From Bacteroidales bacterium (GTDB lineage Bacteria > Bacteroidota > Bacteroidia > Bacteroidales > F082), in NCBI GenBank assembly GCA_017466405.1, contig JAFTUF010000023.1:8962-40961 (forward strand): a stretch of 32,000 nucleotides of DNA. Direction: 5' to 3'. Positions 26,997 to 32,000 of this stretch are shown here, piece by piece (position 1 is the first letter of the stretch; every line of letters starts with the position of its first letter). The notes below the pieces were generated by a model. That model did not search any database. It saw nothing but the letters and a program-made list of their open reading frames with translations, and was not told where the DNA came from. Made by a program: the position numbers and the translations under genes.

Positions 26997-29900
26997 TTAT
27001 TTAACTATATTTATTTGTCTTGTAACCATTCCTGTTTCTGTCTCTACATTCAACAGATACATTCCTGAATCTAAACCGCTGACATCCAACACAAACTCAT
27101 CAGCATCTACAGATTGTCTCATCACTGTCTGTCCCATCATATTTACTATCGTCAAGGAAGTGATTTGACGTGCCTTGATATTAAGTTTGTCGTTTGCTGG
27201 ATTAGGATACACGTTCAAGATTTCAGCAGCGTTTTCATCTAAGGTTGTGACATCTACCACCACAAAATCCTCATCTGAGTTCTCTGCGAGACCGAAATCC
27301 GATTCGCAGTCAGAGTCTGCGTAGTAAGCCGACACCTTATAATAATATGTACCTTCCGAATTATTCATATCCGAATATTGATAATGTGTCATACTTGGAA
27401 CATTGACGAGGTTTCCTATCAGTTTATAATCCACATTATCAACGCTTCTATAGATTCTATATTCTGTGAGGTTAAGGTAAGTGTCTTGTTTATCCCACGA
27501 CACCACAGCGCCGAACTCGCCATCGTACCAATAATACTCAGCCTTCAAGTTCTTAGGAGCCACGCAGCCGAAAATATCGACGCAGACTTCGTCAGAATCA
27601 TACGACTGAAGAGCATTGTAAATAGAACGAACTGCATAGCAATAATTTCCGTCTGGAACATTTTCATCAACGAATGTTGTTTCTGGTGCGTATGATGAAA
27701 TCACAGCGCCGTTGCGTAACACCTGATAATAATCGGCTTCTTCCACGCTCTCCCATTCTAAGGTGACATTGTTATCATCTACCTCCGCTGTGAGATTCTC
27801 AGGATGTACGAGTACCTTCAACTCAACAGATGCAGTAACTGACTGTGTTCCACATGTTGCAGTAACGGTGAATGTTGTTGTCACCTCAGGTTTGGCTTCT
27901 GTGATAGCAGCGTCTGGACTGACAACAAACTCTACAGGTTCCCATCTGTATGTCACTTCTGCACCACCGACGCCGGTAGCCGTTGCAATCAAAGTTGCGC
28001 TTCCTCCTTCTGCAATAAATCCCGGATTTGAGAAGGCTGTCACATTCATATCATAAATCGTTGCCACCACCTCATCGCTCTTATGTGATTCTATGCCATT
28101 ATAATAAGTTCTCAACGCATAATGATAAACTCCTGCGTCTAAGTCATCATCGACGAATGATGTTGCATAAAGGTTTGTAGCGATAAGAGCATTGTTGCGA
28201 TATATCTTGTAATAAGCACCGTCGTATGCTTCGTCCCAAGAAAGATTTACGTTATTGCCATCGACAGTAGCTACGATATTGGTAGGAGGAGCGATAACAG
28301 TCACTGTGACTGAAGCTGTCGCTGTTGTCTCACCATCGTTGATAGTACAGGTATATGTCGTTGTCTCTTCAGGTGTTGCAATAGGATTTTTGATATTAGC
28401 GTCATTCAACGACTCAGCCGGTGTCCATGAATAGGTGTAGTCGTATGTTCCGCCATAAACATTGACATCCAAGTTGACAGGAGTTCCTTTGGCGATGACA
28501 GTAGGACTTGCCACTGCTGTTGCGAAGAGTTCTTCGTTGGCATCATCGACAATATTGATTGTTGTTTGATATGTCTTTCTGTTAAAACCGAACACTGTCA
28601 ATGTTGCTTGTCCGTAGTCGCCTGGAGCTTCGTAACTGATGATAGCGCTTCCGTTGGTGATTACCGCAGTTCCCATCATCTCACCGTCCATCGACAAGGT
28701 AGCAGTAGCGCCTTCTGCATTGGCAGCTGTAAGAACGAAGTTCGTTGACATCTTAGACATCTCTGAGTTATGTGTCACGCTCATATTTTGAGGGATGGCA
28801 TTACGCAATGTTAATGTTGGGTCGCCAAAGAGAATCCATGTGTTGTATGTTCCATAATAGGCTGAGTTGTTCTGTCCTAAATCCAAGAGTTTCATATTAC
28901 CGTTGAGAGAAACGCCGCCCATAGTACGTTTAATGTTTTCCGGATAAGACTCCACGATAATGTCAACCATCTCATCTTGTCCAAACATAGGAGGTGTCCA
29001 TGGCTGTGATATATAAGAGAACATTCCGCCTATAGCTCCTGTCGGATTGCCAGTGTTGTCGTTTGTTGCTCTCATCCATGTCTCTGCAAAACAAGGTTGA
29101 CTATAATATGTATATTCTCCATTGTTACAAGCCACTGAGATGATATAAGGAAGTTTATTATCGTTAGTTAAAGCATTGACATTATTGTTATTGTAATTAT
29201 AAACAGCCCATCCTGTTGGAAGTCCGTGGTTGCAATAGTTGATGATACTTACGCCGGCGTTGATATGTTCGCTGATAAGAGCTGCCGATGAGCTGACGCC
29301 CGACACGCTGCTGTAATCGCGATGCACCGTTGAATAATTGTAATCCAATAAATCTTCTCTGATTTTATCTATATGCTGATAGTCGTCTTCGCCGTTATGT
29401 CCTGAAGCTCCTTCTCTATGAGAGACGCCTTGACCTTTGGTAATCCATGTTGCGTTGGTTGGCATGTCTTTCTCATAATAAATGACTCTATCTACTTGTG
29501 TCGTAACGTTAGCTTCTGTCTCTGCCGAGAAACGTCCTACTATTAATTCATTGTAATAGTCATTGCCTTCGAGCTGACCGAACCACCAGTCAGAATAACC
29601 AGAGTAACCTCCTGCCGACATATTTTTTCCTGGCATTTGAGCATAGTCACCGACTAACAAGATGTGCGTGAGATTTGGATTGTTATTGTATTGTGTTGTG
29701 ATATATGCTTTGATAGCGTCTGCTGACGAGCCAGCCACACTTGTACCAACGATAGTTGTTTTTCTTCCGATAGTTTTTTTCCATTCAACGAAAGGCTCCA
29801 TCGCTGTCATGAATGCATCGTGACAGATGATGAGCAAATCGCCGGTTTCTTCAACGATAGTATATTTTGCATTTGATTCTTTATAGTTTATGAAACGACT

Positions 29901-30563
29901 TGAATACATCTTATTGAACTCAGCATCCATTGTGATGGTGTTGGAGCGTCTCGACTTAACATTCATAGCATCGCCTTCGGTAGCAAACACTTCCACTCTC
30001 ATCTTATAATAGACTCTCAAAGTCTTGGTGACAGGGTTATATGCGAAAGGTGTTACTATGATATTCTGCGCGCGGAAGTCGCGTAAGATATAAGGAGAGT
30101 CGAGTCTTACGTTTGAAGAAGGGAAAAACTCATTCTGTTGATAAACTTCTCCGTATGTATAAGGGACGTCGTCGGGGTTGACGGAACGAGGAAAGTCGCC
30201 TCTTGAAGGTGCTATCTCTACGTCTTGATAATCGATGTATTCGAGTTTCGTAATGCGAACATCCATCTTAGAGAAATCGTTTATGATGATAGGTATCGAC
30301 AATGAAGGGACATCAGGCTGACCCACTTCCATCAGAGGAGCCATATCTTTATTAGAAACGACGACTGAAGCATCGCGTGAGGTCTTGACTTCATTAGTAA
30401 AAAAACCGTTCAATGAGACATCGACGACAATAGATTCGTCTGTCGATTTGATTAAGTTTGTCGAATAACTTTCGTTAGAATTAGTTTCGATTGAGTGCCA
30501 TTTCTGTGCGTATGAAAACTGAAGCAGAAACAATGCGATAAGTGTTAAAAATAATCTCTTCAT
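26997..30563 (-). CDS. Gingipain-like cysteine peptidase (family C25) with Ig/FN3 modules and T9SS CTD
   Basis: 1188 aa counted from the ATG at 30563, with a signal peptide (MKRLFLTLIALFLLQFSYAQ). The catalytic-type motifs INYCNHG (His) and ISVACNNGEY (Cys) resemble those of gingipains. It has two tandem modules of about 160 aa and a third FN3-like module. The C-terminal LNVYPNPANDKLNI...GMYLLNVET...RQINIVK fits the T9SS CTD pattern. Confidence 0.85.
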   Translation of the reverse strand: MKRLFLTLIALFLLQFSYAQKWHSIETNSNESYSTNLIKSTDESIVVDVSLNGFFTNEVKTSRDASVVVSNKDMAPLMEVGQPDVPSLSIPIIINDFSKMDVRITKLEYIDYQDVEIAPSRGDFPRSVNPDDVPYTYGEVYQQNEFFPSSNVRLDSPYILRDFRAQNIIVTPFAYNPVTKTLRVYYKMRVEVFATEGDAMNVKSRRSNTITMDAEFNKMYSSRFINYKESNAKYTIVEETGDLLIICHDAFMTAMEPFVEWKKTIGRKTTIVGTSVAGSSADAIKAYITTQYNNNPNLTHILLVGDYAQMPGKNMSAGGYSGYSDWWFGQLEGNDYYNELIVGRFSAETEANVTTQVDRVIYYEKDMPTNATWITKGQGVSHREGASGHNGEDDYQHIDKIREDLLDYNYSTVHRDYSSVSGVSSSAALISEHINAGVSIINYCNHGLPTGWAVYNYNNNNVNALTNDNKLPYIISVACNNGEYTYYSQPCFAETWMRATNDNTGNPTGAIGGMFSYISQPWTPPMFGQDEMVDIIVESYPENIKRTMGGVSLNGNMKLLDLGQNNSAYYGTYNTWILFGDPTLTLRNAIPQNMSVTHNSEMSKMSTNFVLTAANAEGATATLSMDGEMMGTAVITNGSAIISYEAPGDYGQATLTVFGFNRKTYQTTINIVDDANEELFATAVASPTVIAKGTPVNLDVNVYGGTYDYTYSWTPAESLNDANIKNPIATPEETTTYTCTINDGETTATASVTVTVIAPPTNIVATVDGNNVNLSWDEAYDGAYYKIYRNNALIATNLYATSFVDDDLDAGVYHYALRTYYNGIESHKSDEVVATIYDMNVTAFSNPGFIAEGGSATLIATATGVGGAEVTYRWEPVEFVVSPDAAITEAKPEVTTTFTVTATCGTQSVTASVELKVLVHPENLTAEVDDNNVTLEWESVEEADYYQVLRNGAVISSYAPETTFVDENVPDGNYCYAVRSIYNALQSYDSDEVCVDIFGCVAPKNLKAEYYWYDGEFGAVVSWDKQDTYLNLTEYRIYRSVDNVDYKLIGNLVNVPSMTHYQYSDMNNSEGTYYYKVSAYYADSDCESDFGLAENSDEDFVVVDVTTLDENAAEILNVYPNPANDKLNIKARQITSLTIVNMMGQTVMRQSVDADEFVLDVSGLDSGMYLLNVETETGMVTRQINIVK

Positions 30564-30581
30564 TCTTAAAGTATTTTTTTG

Positions 30582-30589
30582 CAAATATA
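30582..30589 (-). promoter_or_regulatory. Bacteroidota -7 box TAtaTTTG (minus strand) for the C25 peptidase gene
   Basis: The reverse complement of caaatata is an exact TAnnTTTG match 18 nt upstream of the ATG at 30563. It lies inside the longer ORF-track extension, which supports the shorter start. Confidence 0.5.
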
Positions 30590-30619
30590 AAAAAAAGAGC
30601 GACATTTCAGATGCCGCTC
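30589..30619 (-). terminator. Intrinsic terminator after the OM beta-barrel gene
   Basis: On the minus strand: gagcggca-tctgaaa-tgtcgctc (8 bp, one G-U), then T8. Confidence 0.7.
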
Positions 30620-30638
30620 ATGACTATTCTTGCTAAAT

Positions 30639-32000
30639 TTATTTCTTGACTTTTCCTAATGTAAACACCAAGCCAAGGCGCACGTTTGCCGAGTCGTATG
30701 ATGTAGCCAGTTCCATCGTTGATGCATCCATTTTAGTCAATATCATGATATTGTCAGTCACTGCATAAATGTTAAGAGGTCCGAAGTTAATGCTAACGCC
30801 TGCGCCTATAGAGTTACCTACATATTTAGATGCTGTATAGCTTGCAGTGAAGTTAAGGAATCTGAAGAACGAGCCGCTATAAGCTAATGTCAATGCTGGA
30901 CGGAATTTATCTTTGACATAATACATCTGTCCGATAGCTGTGAATCTAGCTATTGGCATCAGTTCGTAATATCCTTGTAACATGATTCTTGTCTTAAGTG
31001 TTGTCTTATAATCCTCTCCATGATAGAGTGAGTCGTCATCCCAGATGTCTTCGATGAGACCTTCATAAAGGCTTGGCAGGTCAAGGTTCATGTTCAAGAC
31101 GTCGTTGATGTCATCTATCAAAGCATCGTTCACCACGACATTATCTTTATGGTTGTGTTTCTCTTTTGCCTCTGTCCATTTGATATATCCGAGGTCGTAA
31201 ACTCCGACCGACACTCCTGCATGTTTATTGAAGGTATATGTAGCGCCGAAATCGATACCGAAGCCATAGTTCTCTTCAAAATTCAAAAGGTCATCCAAGC
31301 CTATAGAGTCGAGGTTGAGATAATCATTAAACTCACTCATTCTATTAAGATCGACATCAAATACTGTAGCAGCTTTGATATTAATGTTGACATCTGCTGT
31401 CATCTCGTAAGTGTCTGGATCTGTGTAGATATATGTTCCATCATCATTTACCAACAAATTAGCAACACCGCAAAGAAGTTTAGGTCTGATACCTACCGAC
31501 AACTTATCTGTGACATCATATCTCAATCCGACGCCGAGTTCTGAAAAGATATTAACATCGGCACCTATGCTGAAATCAGCAGGATTGTCTTGTCCGAGAT
31601 AATGGCCGTTACCATTTATAAAGAATCCCAAGAAATCTCTCGAATAATGGAACTCGCCATTATAACGAAGACGCCAGTCAAGATCAACGAATAGTTTTCC
31701 GAACTTCATACCTACACGTGCCAAGTCGATAGAGAAATTGGTATTTATGAAGTTATCATGTTCATCCAAGCTATTGATAAACTTATTGGCATCCAAAGAG
31801 ACCGGCACTCCATTTTCAAAATTATACAAGTTGTTATATTTAACACTTGAGTTATAAATCGAGAAATGCAAGTTTGATATTCCCAGGCCAAAGACCACCT
31901 TCGATTCAATCGGAATTGATGGATTGTAATAGTTGTTGTATGAAAGATGTGGCAATAAGGTCATAGAGATACCATCATTCTGAGCTTTTGCTGTCATACT
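30639..32000 (-). CDS. Putative outer-membrane beta-barrel protein, N-terminus cut by the window edge
   Basis: The ORF is open to the window end. The first residues, ...MTAKAQ, look like the end of a signal peptide. Alternating beta-strand patterns with Gly and aromatic residues run throughout, and the C-terminus is ...VRLGLVFTLGKVKK. The family is not assigned; a PorP/SprF-like role is only a guess. Confidence 0.6.
   Translation of the reverse strand, partial: SMTAKAQNDGISMTLLPHLSYNNYYNPSIPIESKVVFGLGISNLHFSIYNSSVKYNNLYNFENGVPVSLDANKFINSLDEHDNFINTNFSIDLARVGMKFGKLFVDLDWRLRYNGEFHYSRDFLGFFINGNGHYLGQDNPADFSIGADVNIFSELGVGLRYDVTDKLSVGIRPKLLCGVANLLVNDDGTYIYTDPDTYEMTADVNINIKAATVFDVDLNRMSEFNDYLNLDSIGLDDLLNFEENYGFGIDFGATYTFNKHAGVSVGVYDLGYIKWTEAKEKHNHKDNVVVNDALIDDINDVLNMNLDLPSLYEGLIEDIWDDDSLYHGEDYKTTLKTRIMLQGYYELMPIARFTAIGQMYYVKDKFRPALTLAYSGSFFRFLNFTASYTASKYVGNSIGAGVSINFGPLNIYAVTDNIMILTKMDASTMELATSYDSANVRLGLVFTLGKVKK

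Overview
AT-rich chromosomal segment with Bacteroidota hallmarks: TAnnTTTG -7 promoter boxes, almost no Shine-Dalgarno sites, three T9SS C-terminal sorting domains, and a V-type ATPase cluster containing a DUF2764-like gene. Gene order: yigZ(-), prmC(+), orphan 329-aa ORF(-), RNase P RNA(+), large TPR protein plus OM beta-barrel(+), solitary AAA/DUF4143 ATPase(+), about 0.5 kb of non-coding DNA, T9SS cargo(+), gyrB(+), seven V-ATPase genes(+), YhhQ-type transporter(+), T9SS cargo(+), second AAA/DUF4143 ATPase(+), beta-CASP MBL hydrolase(-), gingipain-like C25 peptidase(-), and an OM beta-barrel cut by the window edge(-). I found no tRNA, rRNA, CRISPR array, transposase or integrase. Most of the window is housekeeping. 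Four things stand out. (1) A single-gene ATPase/nuclease-like cassette is bracketed by a perfect 32-bp direct repeat that duplicates the 3' end of the neighbouring gene. (2) A perfect 33-bp hairpin repeat brackets a T9SS cargo gene. (3) Degenerate 6-8-nt tandem 'word' arrays sit at almost every gene boundary; they also lie inside prmC and inside a T9SS sorting domain, and they supply some stop codons. (4) The 0.5-kb gap holds two small candidate transcription units or sORFs. All family assignments come from motif recognition by eye; no searches were run.
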